Below are positions 38,531 through 52,609 of a DNA stretch of 64,000 bases, piece by piece; within the stretch, counting starts at the first letter, position 1; each line of letters starts with the position of its first letter. The notes under the pieces were generated by a model. It searched no databases, was not told the DNA's origin, and saw nothing but the letters and a program-made list of their open reading frames with translations. The translations under genes and the position numbers were made by a program. Source of the DNA: Octopus sinensis (lineage: Eukaryota); NCBI RefSeq assembly GCF_006345805.1, contig NC_042998.1, positions 108,562,001-108,626,000 of the forward strand, written 5' to 3'.

Positions 38531-39318
38531 AAGATTATATATATAAATATGTATTTATATATATATACGCGCCCACACTCTCTCACACACACATATATAT
38601 ATATTACACAAAATGAGGTAGGCGAGGCTGTGAGGAGTTTTCAGGACTTTTAAAGAGAAAACGGTATAGATATAGTCTTACAGATGCTTCTGGGGGTATT
38701 ATGGATATCCTTTCATAAGAGACTGTGTGAGATGGTTAAAGAGAGGTAAGTATTTGGGTTCGGAATATATATATATACTCTTTTTACTCTTTTACTTGTT
38801 TCAGTCATTTGACTGCGGCCATGCTGGAGCACCGCCTTTAATCGAGCAAATCGCCACAGGGAAAATTTGTAAGTCGTGGAGTATAATAGAGAGGGTCCAA
38901 GTAAAAAAGGTATACGCATTACATCTATTTCTTCGTTAAGATCGTTTTAACAATTCAGACAACTCATGAACATGGCAATTATGTAATATTACGACATATC
39001 AAACGTGATCCATTACTTTCTAACCTTTGCTTAATGAAATTACCATGCATCACATATAATGTCTTGTAATATTACATAGTATTAATATTTATGATTTCCT
39101 GAACCATGTATTGTTCACAAAATCGCAATGAAGGAACAAATGTAATACCAATCACTTAGCTGGCCGGAACTTTGAAGTTACTATCAAGGATATTCTTGTA
39201 TAAGAATAAGAATTTTGCACTCTACAAAAGTATAGAGTAATGTAAAGTTACTTTTATTATAATTAGACATAAAAACAAACGTTAATATTGTATAATATTA
39301 TATATATATATACATATA

Positions 39319-39354
<36 letters not shown>

Positions 39355-39436
39355 TGTATGTATGTATGTATGTATGTATGTATGTATGTATGTATACAGG
39401 TATGTTACGAATTAAATGTATACAACATACATATAA

Positions 39437-39762
39437 AAACCCCTTCGTTCGACCATGGGATTTCACCTAGAAAGTTATCCTCCGAGGCACAAGTCTGGGC
39501 AAGTTTGTGAATGGAAGATTGGCAGCTGCCTATGCAGACCAGTCTCTTTTCTCCACGCCACTGATGCTATCCCAGGGAAAGGCAAAGACCGATACAACTT
39601 GTCACCAATGGCGTCGCTACTCGTTTCTACAGCTGAGTGAACTGAAGTAACGTGAAATAAAGTGTCTTTCTCAAGAACACAACACAGCCCAGTCCGGGAT
39701 TCAAACTCACTACATAACAATTGTGAGCCCGACGCTCTAACCACTTAGCCATGCGTCTTCAC
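39437..39762 (-). mobile_element. tRNA-derived SINE
   Basis: Minus-strand head gaagacgcatggctaagtggttagagcgtcgggctcac...gagtttgaatcccgg and core gtgttgtgttcttgagaaagacacttt. Confidence 0.75.
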
Positions 39763-41584
39763 TATAATATACATAACACATACACACACACACACACTCA
39801 AACAAACATACACACACACAACATAGATATTATACACAACGTATAAGTGCTTATTTCATATATATTGTAAATGCAGTGAACAATAAAGAAAAGAAGACAA
39901 TTAAATTTTAACAAATATTATATTAGCTTAAATCCTAAAAGTAACGAAAAAAGTTGCAAAATTTAGGCTGATACTTTTATTCCAAAATCGAAAAATGCAT
40001 TGGTGTAGTGAGGAAGAAAATATGAGAGATTAACGGAAAAGAAAAGGAAAAGAAGAAAGCGAAAAATATGAAAGAGATGAGGAGATCGTTGGCGATTACG
40101 TGCAGTGCATGGAGCAGTGAAGTATATCTGAGGTGCGCGTAATTGTAAGAATATTTTGCAAATGTAATAAAAATTGAAAGAAACGAAAAAGATAATACAA
40201 GAGGAACAAGTTTTAGCAAACAGTGAGCTTAACGCTTAAAAGGAAGGGAAAGAATTTTACTTTTTCAAGTATTTTCTCGCTTTCCTTTCTTTTCTTTTCT
40301 CTCCTTTTTCCTTTGACATATTTTCCGAACTCTCGCTTCCCTATGTTTTTCTCTTTCTTCAGTTGAATGAATAATGCCTGACACTTTACAAATCTTTACT
40401 ATCCTTTAAGCGTTAAGCTAATACAGTATGTGTTAATCATTGTACCTCTTTTGCTATCTTTTTCAATTGGTTATTGAATGCACAATGTATTTTGCAACTC
40501 TTGCGTTTACAGAACAAAGAACCCTAGACATATATACACTGACCAATAACCTTTACACCCACCCACGCTCTTTTGTGAATATCAAAGCAAAGCATGAACA
40601 TACTTCTATGCTAACAACACCAAGAAATGCACGTCTAATAACTTCCACCTTCCAAATACTAACAGGAAATATCCTAAATAATATCAACAATGAGTAAAGA
40701 AACTTACCGACCAGCTAAAATATACCACCTAATTACTTACTTTGTGAACCCTTAAAAATTCCATTACAAAAAATGCTGACACATCCAATTACTGTTTCCA
40801 AGCGCTGTCCTAAACCTTGCCAAATCAAAATAGTAAATCCTATAAAACTAAAAGTACCTAAAGTTAATAAATACCCCCCAGCCTACTTTCTTTCTGTGAA
40901 CCACTAAAAACAGTTCTATAATTTCAAGCTGAAACACCTAAATATACACACTTGTTTACAAATTCTACACACATGAACAAATTCTGAACAAAAGCATCTC
41001 ACCGTCACAACTCACCGTCACAACTCACCGTCACAACTAACCCTACAACCTAATGACCATTCAACTGATCCCCCCACCCCAGTTATGTTTCTTATCTCAA
41101 CAGAGACTATAATGCATCATCCTCTGATGTTGGCTTAGGTGGTCGAAACTTCGAAGCCACTGTTAGTACTTCTCTTGTTAATAATAAATTTGTTCTCTAC
41201 AAAAGTATGACTTAACCCTTCAGATTAATGCAAAATTGTTTATATAATAACTGAACATAAAAACAAACATTAATATATATTGTCAAACGAATTACTGGGC
41301 TATGTAGAATGATAAATACAGTTTATAATAATAAAAAATATATAAAATTATAAAAATATATAAAGAATCTGAGAAAGCTGCAATAAGGATTACCTCCATT
41401 GACCTTAAACAACACATTTAATTGATTTGTGGACAAGCATTAGCTTGAAACGATATTGAAAGAAATACCATTTGATAAGCATGTTATACGGTAGATAATG
41501 CACTTCTGGTTTATTTTTATTGTAAACTTGCTTCTAATTTAGTTTTGTAGATATAGCAAGGCACGCACCACTAGACATATATAC

Positions 41585-42175
41585 ACTAGCCCGGTTTCAC
41601 CCGGTCGGTTTGGATGATGTGGCTGTAAAACCTGCTCTCTGTAAGAATTTGAGTTGTTTGGGCACGATTACGTTAAAAACACAATGTTAGAATGACTTTT
41701 TCTGTCAAAACGCTTTAAAAAAACTGACCAACAAAAGAAACAACCAAGATTCAACCAAATGAAAAAATAAACTCAAATACTAAGCGAACAAAGATGAACT
41801 TTCCCACTTCCATTACGTGCGCATACGCACACACACACATTTCCATACCTCCCCCCTTTTACATACACACACATAGCTTCACACACTGTTGAAATGCTGT
41901 TTGATTTATTTTTTCAGCGTACACTACTAAGTATGGCATCACCCCTTCCTTCTTTATTCATCTATCACCTCTTCCTTTCGCATTCATAAACACATGAATA
42001 TTATTATAGTAGATTATCTCGGTAACCATGGGAGCTGTGAAAAAAATACAATACCAGCATCGCCACCGGATTATTCTACATGTTTGTGTAATTTTTCGCG
42101 CAATTCCCCCCAGCCGTTTAACCGCGTATCTCAAGACAAGAAAGAATCGCCCATGTCAAACTTATATATAGAGAT
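41585..42175 (+). mobile_element. Lep1-type Helitron/HINE-like element
   Basis: Starts ACTAGC-CCGG-tttca-CCCGG and ends CTTATATATAGAGAT, with internal (CA)n. Confidence 0.45.
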
Positions 42176-42314
42176 ATTAAAGGCGTGTGTTTGAACATTT
42201 GTTAAGGGATTACATCATTTATTAAACACTAATGAAATCACTTAACCACATTAATCAACATACGAATATAGAGATTATAGCCATTTACAAAAAGAAATAT
42301 AATTCTTTTTACTT

Positions 42315-42490
42315 ATAGGCAAAAAGGTATGAAACTTAAGGGGGTGATTCAATTACATCGATCTCGGTGCTCGACTTCGAAAGGATGAAATGCAAAGTCG
42401 AACTCGGTGAAATTTGAACTCAGAATGTAAAGCCGGAAGGAATGCCGCTAAGTATTTATTCCGGCGTGCTATCAGTTCTATTAACTTGCT
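42315..42490 (-). mobile_element. Decayed SINE (same core family as 25073)
   Basis: cgaaaggatgaaatgcaaagtcgaactcggtgaaatttgaactcagaa. Confidence 0.7.
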
Positions 42491-42681
42491 GTTTTAAAGA
42501 GAGATATAAAGCACAATAAAGCACAAATTTTACACTGACTCCTATATTTTCCTCCACATATGCAAACTCCGAAAGCAGTAAATAAATGCATGTTCTATGC
42601 AGTTGTTGGAAATTAGAAATATCCATATATGTGTATATGAATACATAAGGATAACAAAATATAAAAATAATCTATCTATCC

Positions 42682-42779
<98 letters not shown>

Positions 42780-43409
42780 GATAAAGCATGCGTAAGTGTT
42801 ATGAGAACTCGCCTGAGGATCGCAGCTACATGAAACTCGAGTTGTGAGATAGACTTTCGATGTAAAAAATTGATCATTAGGGACAGAAGCAGTATTGATA
42901 TCAAAAGGTAATCTTTATATCTAACTTAACGTGGATACCTCGTTAGAACACCGAGCACTCGTTATTAGCCTTGAGAGATTCCATCATATAGGCGCTTGGC
43001 GCATAAAAGTCCACACATAGATCATGGCAGATAAGAATCGTCTGTCATGGGCGCCAGAACGCCCGATTGCTTGTATTGAACACGTCTCTCTCTCTCTCAT
43101 TCGTCTAACATAAAACAACTTACGTATACATATATATACTTGCGGGCGCACACGCGCGCGTGCGTGTATATGTGCACATACACACACACAAAGTGTCAGC
43201 CGAAAATTGGTGCACGCGATTGATACTCACTGTGATATCTCAAATTTTCTACTGGGATAAAGAGTGTAATATCATAGATCACACTACCAAATCATACCCG
43301 CATGCTAGTTTGTGGATAATGGTTATGTTTTATATATAGATGTAAGGTGTGGTGTGTTAGCATGAATGTCACTGCGTATGTTAGCGTATGTGTGCGCGCG
43401 TATGTATTC

Positions 43410-43452
<43 letters not shown>

Positions 43453-44443
43453 ACATAAGAATATATGCATAAAAACATACGCAAACATACTCTCACACAT
43501 ACGCGTATATACATATGTTTACACTCATGTGTGTATGTATGTATGTATTTATGTATGTATGTATGCATGTATGTGAGTGTATGTATATTCTTTTATTCTT
43601 TTACATGTGTCAGCCCTAAGGCTATGGCCATGCTGGAGTATATGTATTTATACATGCATATATGCGCTCGTGAATGTCTTTGTATGTGTATACATACATA
43701 TGTATGCATGTATGTACATATTCAATCATTCACAAATATAATAGATACATTTATTAATATATATGTGCCTACATATCTATATATTTGTTATTTGAGCGTG
43801 TGTCTATGCATCCAATTGGAATTACGTTTGTGTGTACGTCTACGCAAGCGCATTAAGCGTATAGTGACAGGCCATAAATAGTATTAACGACATTTTTCTC
43901 TACTACACTCCCACGGATGAGAAAAATAGGCTGATGGCATCCGCAACCATCGAACGATTCAGTTATTTTTCAACGTCAATAATATCTTACTTGCTTATGT
44001 AGTTAATTATAGAACTTGATTGATTGATCTTAATATATTTATTCTAATATTTCTAGATTCATTTTACGCTTCTTTTATTGTTGTTGCATAGAAATTGTCA
44101 TTGCCAATTTTTAAAGTAGAATCCGCAATATTTGAATGAAAAAAACAAACGAAATTAAAAAAGAAAAACAGAGAAAATGAATTAGAAAAAAGAGTTAGAA
44201 AAACAGAGAAAATGAGTACAGAAATACGTCATTTAGTATGCATTTACAAAAATGCAAGCACCTCGGAAAATTACGTACGGTATATAATTATGTAGTTAAA
44301 TTTGAACGCTAGTGTATCTATCAGTCAATCTATCTATCTATTTGTCTGTCTGTCTGTCAGTCTGTTTTTCTACTCATCCATCTATCTCTCCTATTACCTA
44401 CCCCTTAGAGCGAGAGATAGAGAAAAGAGAGAGAGAGAGAGAA

Positions 44444-44477
<34 letters not shown>

Positions 44478-44612
44478 CTGGATAGATATCCGTATGAATG
44501 GTCAATTAGCAGAATCGTTAGGCAGTCAGTCGAACGCCTTGCAATGTTTGTTCCGGCACTTTGCATTCTGTGTTCAAATTCCAAGTTTCAAATCACCCAA
44601 TGTAGACAAAGT

Positions 44613-44818
44613 CTGGATTTCATTCACTTTTCTTTTCCTCTCTCTCTCTCTCTCTCTGACTATCTGTCTGTCAGATCTCGGTGACATATAATCATTCAAA
44701 TGAGGATGATAACTTCATGTAAAATACTCAGGGTTAGCAACCCATTCTCATAAAAATATCTTTCTTGCTCCAAAGCCTGCGCGAAGAAATCAAAGAATAA
44801 CTATGCAATGCAATGAGA
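44613..44818 (+). repeat. Segment duplicated exactly at 49450-49669
   Basis: Identical by eye except that the (CT)n tract is 14 nt longer in the 49.5-kb copy. Confidence 0.9.
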
Positions 44819-44849
44819 ATGCGGTGCAAAACGGGACGAACTAAATATG

Positions 44850-44883
<34 letters not shown>

Positions 44884-45234
44884 GCTAGTGTGTATTTACA
44901 AATATAATATATATATGTGTGTATGTATTTTAGTAGATAAATTGATTAAGATGTATAACCCAGGCATTTACCTTATGAAGTACTTCCATGGATGGTGGTT
45001 ACCTAAAATCGAAAGTAATCCGAAAAATCTAAAAACAATTCTTTGATACATTTTATTACATACATGCATACGTGCGTATATATATACATAGTTGTACACT
45101 TATGTACATACATATATGCATATGTATACGTATACATACACATACCTCTTTTATATACATATATGCATGTGTATACACACACATATATACATACATTCAT
45201 ACATACATACATACATACATACATGCATACAAAC

Positions 45235-45278
<44 letters not shown>

Positions 45279-45297
45279 ATGTATATATGCACACACA

Positions 45298-45681
45298 TTT
45301 TATCTTTTATCTTTTACTTGTTTCAGTCATTAGAACGCAGTCATTAGAACTTTCAGCCGAAAGAATCGACCCTGGTACTCATTAAAAAAAAAATTCAAGT
45401 CTGTAACTCATTCTATCGGTTTCTTTTGCTGGAGACGTACGCAAACCCTTACCGGTTTATAAACCAAGGTGGGGAACAAACACAGACACTAAGACACATA
45501 CACATACAAAGATATATAAGTATATACTACGGACTTCTTTCAATTTCCACCCACCAAATTCACTCACAAGGCTTTGGTCGATCAGATGCTATATTAGAAG
45601 ACACTTGCCCATGCAATAGGACTGAATCCGGAACCATGCGGTTGTGAAGGACGCTTCTTACCACACAGCTACATCTACGCC
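45298..45681 (-). mobile_element. Decayed full-length SINE, same family as 8215-8590
   Basis: tttacttgtttcagtcatt ... cactcacaaggctttggtcg ... gaagacacttgccc ... ggaaccatgcggttg ... ttaccacacagc. Confidence 0.75.
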
Positions 45682-45894
45682 ACAAATGTATATATACATA
45701 TATGTAAACATGCTTATATATAATACAGGTGTGTACATACATTGCTCGAAAAGAGGAGTAGATAGACAGCCGACAACTGATGAAGGGTCGTTCTTTATGT
45801 TACTTGTCCTGTTTTACATTTGTTTCTCTCGTTGTTTTCGTATTTCATGTTGTTTACTCTTGGTGACGTCCTGTACCCATATATGCATATGTAT

Positions 45895-45944
<50 letters not shown>

Positions 45945-45953
45945 ATATATATA

Positions 45954-46005
<52 letters not shown>

Positions 46006-46156
46006 CGTATATTTATATATATATGTATATATATATGTATATATATATATATATATTATTTATATATTATATATATAATATATATATTATATATACTTTA
46101 TGTATTATATATTGTATAGATATATGTGTGTGTGTGTGTGTATATATAGAGAGAGA

Positions 46157-46386
46157 GCGGCGAGCTGGCAGAAACGTTAGCACGTCGGGCGAAATGCGTA
46201 GCCGTATTTCGTCTGCCGTTACGTCCTCAGTTCAAATTCCGCCGAGGTCGACTTTGCCTTTCATCCTTTCGGGGTCGATTAAATAAGTACCAGTTACCCA
46301 CTGGGGTCGATGTAATCGACTTAATCCGTTTGTCTGTCCTTGTTTGTCCCCTCTGTGTTTAGCCCCTTGTGGGTAGTAAAGAAATA
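46157..46386 (+). mobile_element. Full-length tRNA-derived SINE
   Basis: gcggcgagctggcagaaacgttagcacg...ttcaaattccgccgaggtcgactttgcctttcatcc...gggtagtaaagaaata. Confidence 0.9.
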
Positions 46387-48476
46387 ATATAGAGAGAGAC
46401 CTGTAGTATATACATAAATGCTTATGTATATGGTGACAGTCCAGTAAATTTTGCCGTGCAGCTCCGGTCACTTTTTATCATATGCAGTATATGTGTCTAG
46501 TTCTACATCGTGTAATGATTATTCACTGTATAACATGCACCTTTCCCTGTTAAACTCCCCACATTATTATATATCTATGTTTGTATACATCTATGTATAC
46601 ATGCATGTATGTGGATATATGTGCATGCTTCATGAAAAGTTATAATGCATGGTAACACCTGTATTTCATTCTTGCATATAACCACTAAATGCCATAACAA
46701 TTACATGCATGCATATGTATGCTTACATATATACGCACGCATGCACACATAGCACTCGTCCATATATATATGCACATGCACACAGCACACATCCATACAT
46801 ACACGTATGTACGTGCACACAGCCACACACAACAGTATTTCACATACATAATATACATATTTTTTCTAAAAATAGCGATTCTTCAAATCACTGAAAGGTA
46901 TTTTTATAATTTTTCCCTGGTAGAATTTGTGAAATCTCTTTATAAACTTAACAGTCTCTCTATTGATATGGCGTGAATATATTGAAATATTGCTATTTAT
47001 AATTGTTATTGATTATTGTTTTACTCATATCATAGTTGTAGTTATTGCTTTTGCTACTGTCGCCGTCGATTTGCCCCAGGTTAACACTAGTTAGTATCCA
47101 ACAGTCCTGTAAGAAAGAATAGGCTTTCCAGCCATGATTTTCCCCTCTTTTTAGGAGTTGCAATACTACATTATCTATTTTATCCTTTCCATAATTTATT
47201 CGGTTGCATGCAAATCGTGGTAGATTTGGTTGAGTTTTCTAACAGATCGTGCGATCCTGCAGAACCTTACTCTTGGCATTGCCGTTGCTGCTACTTTTGA
47301 TTATGCTGCTGCTGCAGCAGCAGCAGTAGCAGCAGTTGTGATAGTAGTGGTAGTGGTAGTAATAGTAGTAGTGATGGAAGTAGTAGTAGTCATTGTTTAG
47401 CTCTTCCCGATTTCGCTGTCCTCAAGAATTAATTACATACCGAAATTGCTGAATTAATGATGTATGTAAAAGTTAGTTAGAGTAGAAGGCATTGTGTGTC
47501 TGTGCGTGTGTTGTGTGTTGTTGTTGTTATTGTTGTGTGTGTGTGTGTGAAAGAGAAAGAGAGAGAAAGAGAAACAGGCAAACAGAAGAGGGATAGAATC
47601 AAAGAGGAAAAGATGGAAAAGGAAGCGGAAAAATTAGAGAATACATACATATATGCAATATTCGTACACACACGCACACATACATACACGTGTGTATGTG
47701 TGTGCGTTTGTGAGTGTGTGTGTGAGTATGTATGTGTATGTGTGTGTGAATGTGCGTGCATATCCACGTGGAGATAGTGTGGGGGAAAGCAGGAGAGCGA
47801 AAGAGAAAGAGACAAAGAGAAATTGCAAGCCAAAGTGTACTTGATTCCAAAATGCAATTCTACCTAGATTATTGATTAGTGTGTCCTTGGCAATAAGTTA
47901 AAATGTTTTTCCTAGATCGTATGTGGTTAGACGATTGATGACTGATGAATTTCAATGGTAACTTTGGAAGTAGGCCGTTATTTGTTTTACTTCTAATATT
48001 ACACAACAGGTTTAAATACATTCTAACACGCTCGGACTGTGGATAGAGATAAGAATGTTTCACTGAAATATATCTGCTGTTTTCTTCAAATACCAACAAG
48101 TTATTCAAATGGCAAATAGTAACAACAGTAGCAGTAGCAGAGTATATAAAAATAACAATATTGACAATAACTTTGGCAGCAGCAGCAGTAGTGGTAGCAG
48201 AAGTAGTAATAGTAGTAGTAGTAGTATTAGTTGCTGTTGTTGTCGTTGTTGTTCTTAAACCCGAGGTCAGGTCTGTTCAAGCAGGCCTTTGATCAAAGTG
48301 CTTCACTGGTGATCATCCCACCTTATTTTCAGGTAATCTATCTAGAACTACCTTATTCAGTAATACTTTTCTATTCTAAAATGGTAGTATATGTTTACAG
48401 ATGATTTTAAATGTTATTTCTATCAGATCGAGCAATCCCACCCCTTTCTCTCGTTAGTTCGCAATAGTAGTAGTAA

Positions 48477-48514
<38 letters not shown>

Positions 48515-48952
48515 ATAGTAGTGGTGGTAGTAGTAGTAGTAGCAGCAGCAGCAGGAGAAGCAGCAGTAGCAAGAGCAGCAGCAGCAGTAGTAGTAGTAGA
48601 GAGTAAATCAGCAACAGCAGTATTAAGAAATTAAAGGAAAAATAAGATAGTGATAAGAAAACGTTTATCGCATTCTTACTTTTTACATTTCAATCTTACA
48701 AACTACCCCCACTACACACACGCAGAAGCACAAATGGCGCGGAAAATCTCATGCATGTGAATGGTGTGTCTGTATGTCTGAGTTTGTTTGTATATGTATG
48801 CGTGTGTGTATATCAATTAATGTATGTGTGTGTGTATAAACAGTCAAACATTAACAGAAAGAGCATTCAATACATTTATATACAAACTACTTTTCACAAA
48901 ATAGTGTTGATAGTAACTTTGAAACACTGCCTCTCTATTAAACCCACTCTGT

Positions 48953-49023
<71 letters not shown>

Positions 49024-49418
49024 TAAACCAATGACGGACTTTGAGGTTGCTCAACTTTTTAGAAAGGAAGAGCATATAAAATTTCCTTAAAATTCATACT
49101 ACCCTTACCATTTTAAAATAAGAGAGAAAATTACAAAGTGTAGTACTCGATAGGTTATCAAAAAATAAGATGGAATGGTCATGTATTGAGAGCTTTGATC
49201 ATACGTCTGCTAAAGATCTAAATTCGAGCAAAACAATTGACAAAATCAGTCAACAGTAAAACATGAAGTCATTGTCATATCCCTCTCTTTCTTTGTTATG
49301 ACTGTGTGTATGTAGTTGTTTGTGTGGGGCTATTACTAAATTATCTAACTCATCCAGAGGCAGTCGTTAAGGCATATAATGTTGTTTGTGTTACTTGTGA
49401 ATGTTTGTTGCTTTAAAT

Positions 49419-49469
49419 CAGTGTTTCTCAACCATTTTTTTCTTTTTGCCTGGATTTCATTCACTTTTC

Positions 49470-49512
<43 letters not shown>

Positions 49513-49882
49513 ATCTGTCTGTCAGATCTCGGTGACATATAATCATTCAAATGAGGATGATAACTTCATGTAAAATACTCAGGGTTAGCAACCCATTCTC
49601 ATAAAAATATCTTTCTTGCTCCAAAGCCTGCGCGAAGAAATCAAAGAATAACTATGCAATGCAATGAGATAAAATTCCTTTTTTACTCTACCAGAACCCC
49701 AGAGCTATCCAATTAAAAAAAAATCCTGTAGTCTTTTCTAATTAAATGTTATCATGAATTGTACAAAAACATTTAATATTTTTTGCATTGTAGAAGCTTA
49801 ACCAATTTATTGCACATAAATTTCAACGACAAAATCTTATACAGCCCCCAGAGATCATATGGACACCGAATGAGAACCACTG
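49419..49882. mobile_element. hAT-type MITE carrying an internal 220-bp insertion
   Basis: TIRs CAGTGTTTCTCAACC (49419) and GAATGAGAACCACTG (49868-49882). 8-bp flanks ctttaaat and ctttgggt (5/8 match) are consistent with a decayed hAT TSD. Confidence 0.6.
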
Positions 49883-51149
49883 CTTTGGGTACATTATATA
49901 TATATATCCACAGTATCAGTAATGTAAGAATGTATAAAGAATGTATAAAGAATGTTTCATTGGATTTTACCGTATCTTTGAGAGCCAAAGTGACGATTTT
50001 ATTTAATCTGTAAAATTCAGTATTCTTATATTGAAAGAGGCGTTGCATATACATAATTAATTTATTTATAATCAGACAAGTTGGTAGACGAATTTTTACA
50101 GTAAAAAATCCCGAAGGATATTATCATAATTCTAAAAACTCAAATGTAAAGCTGGTAGACTTACTGAAGCAACATTCATAGAATCTATATTGTATGGTCG
50201 GTTAATACATCTCAGTAGTTGAGAATAATGAATACAAAATACAGTATGTTTTCTACTCAACGGTTGCTAGGATTAAATACGACGAAATAGTTTATATAAA
50301 ATATATTCAGCTACCAAAAAACCTACTATATTTCAAGAAATTCGATCCGTATTTAAAAAAATAATACATTCTTGTGTCTGTTGTATGCCACTAGATAAAA
50401 GTAGCTACTGTTTACGGTTATATTCACATTAACTCCTCAGCAAACCCATATAAAAAAAGTAGCTGAAAGCTTTTCATGCTATGCAAATTAGGGAAAAACT
50501 ATGTATGATAGAACGGTTCGAGGTTGCCCTGTTGATATTTTTAGGGACAGTCAACTGAGACTGGAATAGTCATTCAATCACTTCTGCATGACCGAAATGC
50601 CTTGAATCAATTTTCTTATTGAAAATTATTTACGAATATTTATATACTGTTCTTATTCAGAATTACTATCAGTATGCATAGAATTTTCTTATTATAATGC
50701 GCTCTTTTCCTAAACAATCTCCTCTAATAGTCTTCCCTAGTTTACCTTTTTCCCTTTCTGATACAACTATTTATATCTCTGTCTATTTAACTAGCTATAT
50801 TGATGTCTTTTACTCTCTTCATCATGTTTTCTAAGATCTCAACTTTCATTTAGCTACTTCGTTCTTTTCTTCTTTGATGACAAATTTTTTATACACTTTT
50901 TGTATCAGTTCTTCTTCCCTCACAAATCACACAACATTCGATTTCTTCCTGTTCGCTAAATAATGTCGATTAAATTACTAAATGTCTGAAATTATTTTCG
51001 CTAATACCATTATAATTTTTCTGATCTAATCTTTACAGAATCATTTCTATTCGGTATTTACATATTCAGTTTGATATCCAACCGCCATAGGTCTTATTCA
51101 AGGATGTGTACACAGTAATAGTCTGTATTCAAACTACTATGAATCTTGA

Positions 51150-51750
51150 ATGTTAAACCGTTAGTGTTGACGATCTTGATTGCTATGACTAATATGCGAA
51201 CATTTAATGTTACATATTTAGGTTATTTACATTTATCTTTCACTAAAGGCTATCCTATTAAACTGATGACGTTACTAGACTTACTAACTGGGTTTTCAAC
51301 ACGAACTATATGTACAACTTCTCGTATTTTTCTGGGTTTCTCTATTCATTATGGACATTTCAGAAAAGAACAAGATGGAAGAACTCCGGTAACTTAATGT
51401 GAGGAGAGACATTTAAGTTAGGAGTGGCTAGAGCAAAAACGAAAATCATAAATTTTGGAATTCCATAACTGATAGACTTGCAGTGGGAATCCATGAAGCG
51501 GTACATATTAAAATTGTTGGAAATCATATCAGTAAGCCTAACACTGACATTTGAAATTCCAGAGGAAACGTGAACACCAATCATATGCGCTGCCTATTAT
51601 GAAGGTGCAACGACATACACCAAAATCAGTTAATTCTGAAAACGAGATAATGAAGAACGACAACGATGGATTTAAGGATTCATATTTCCAAAAATGTGAA
51701 ATGAGGTCACGTAAAATTTTAAAAGCAGCTCACTTAAAAACATAAATCCA
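51150..51750 (+). mobile_element. Possible decayed RTE-type endonuclease fragment
   Basis: Weak similarity only (IAMTNMRTFNV resembles I.TxNVRTL; GN..TTII.AY across frameshifts). Confidence 0.3.
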
Positions 51751-51844
51751 TAACACGCCAATCTACTAAATCGAACCTGACTACAGCAATATAAATGCTA
51801 ATGCGCTATATATATATTTATATGTATTTCTATATATGTACGTA

Positions 51845-51888
<44 letters not shown>

Positions 51889-52054
51889 TAAATTAGAGAT
51901 AAAACCACTATTAGGCAAATCAAACAATGAAAACCTTAAGCCAATACATAAAATTAATTAATTTACATTATTTTAAATATATATCAAAAGTATTAAAAGT
52001 TTAATAAAAGATAATGAGTAAAACACTACGATCGTTTCATGGCTGTCCAATTCG

Positions 52055-52099
<45 letters not shown>

Positions 52100-52291
52100 A
52101 TATATATATACAAATATACATACGAATATTTACATATATAAATGTATGTGTGTATTATTCCTTTGTTTAAAATTAACACGGAAAAAATAAATATACAGTT
52201 ATCAGGGCAGCAAAAAATCACGCAAGTAATAAGGACGTAACGCCCTGTTTGTAAAGGTAGAAAATCTGGGCTGATGTGAAATATTTTGTAT

Positions 52292-52435
52292 AATATATAT
52301 AAATAAATAAATGGAGTTAAATGCAGGTGTTATTCTAATTCTCTTACTTCAGACATATGTTTCGAAACATATGTCGGAAGTAAAAGAATTTGAATAACAC
52401 CTGCGTTTAACTCCATTTATTTATTTATATATATT
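52292..52435. repeat. 144-bp palindrome (72-bp arms, no loop)
   Basis: Centre gacatatgtttc|gaaacatatgtc between 52363 and 52364; four arm mismatches seen. Confidence 0.95.
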
Positions 52436-52575
52436 TACACACACACACACACTCACACACAATATTAATCAATATATGTATATATGTATGTATGTATGTA
52501 TGCTTCACCAGGGAGTTTAAGAGAAAGTTCCTGGTTACGCCATACATAAACACATACAGTACATACATACATACA

Positions 52576-52609
<34 letters not shown>

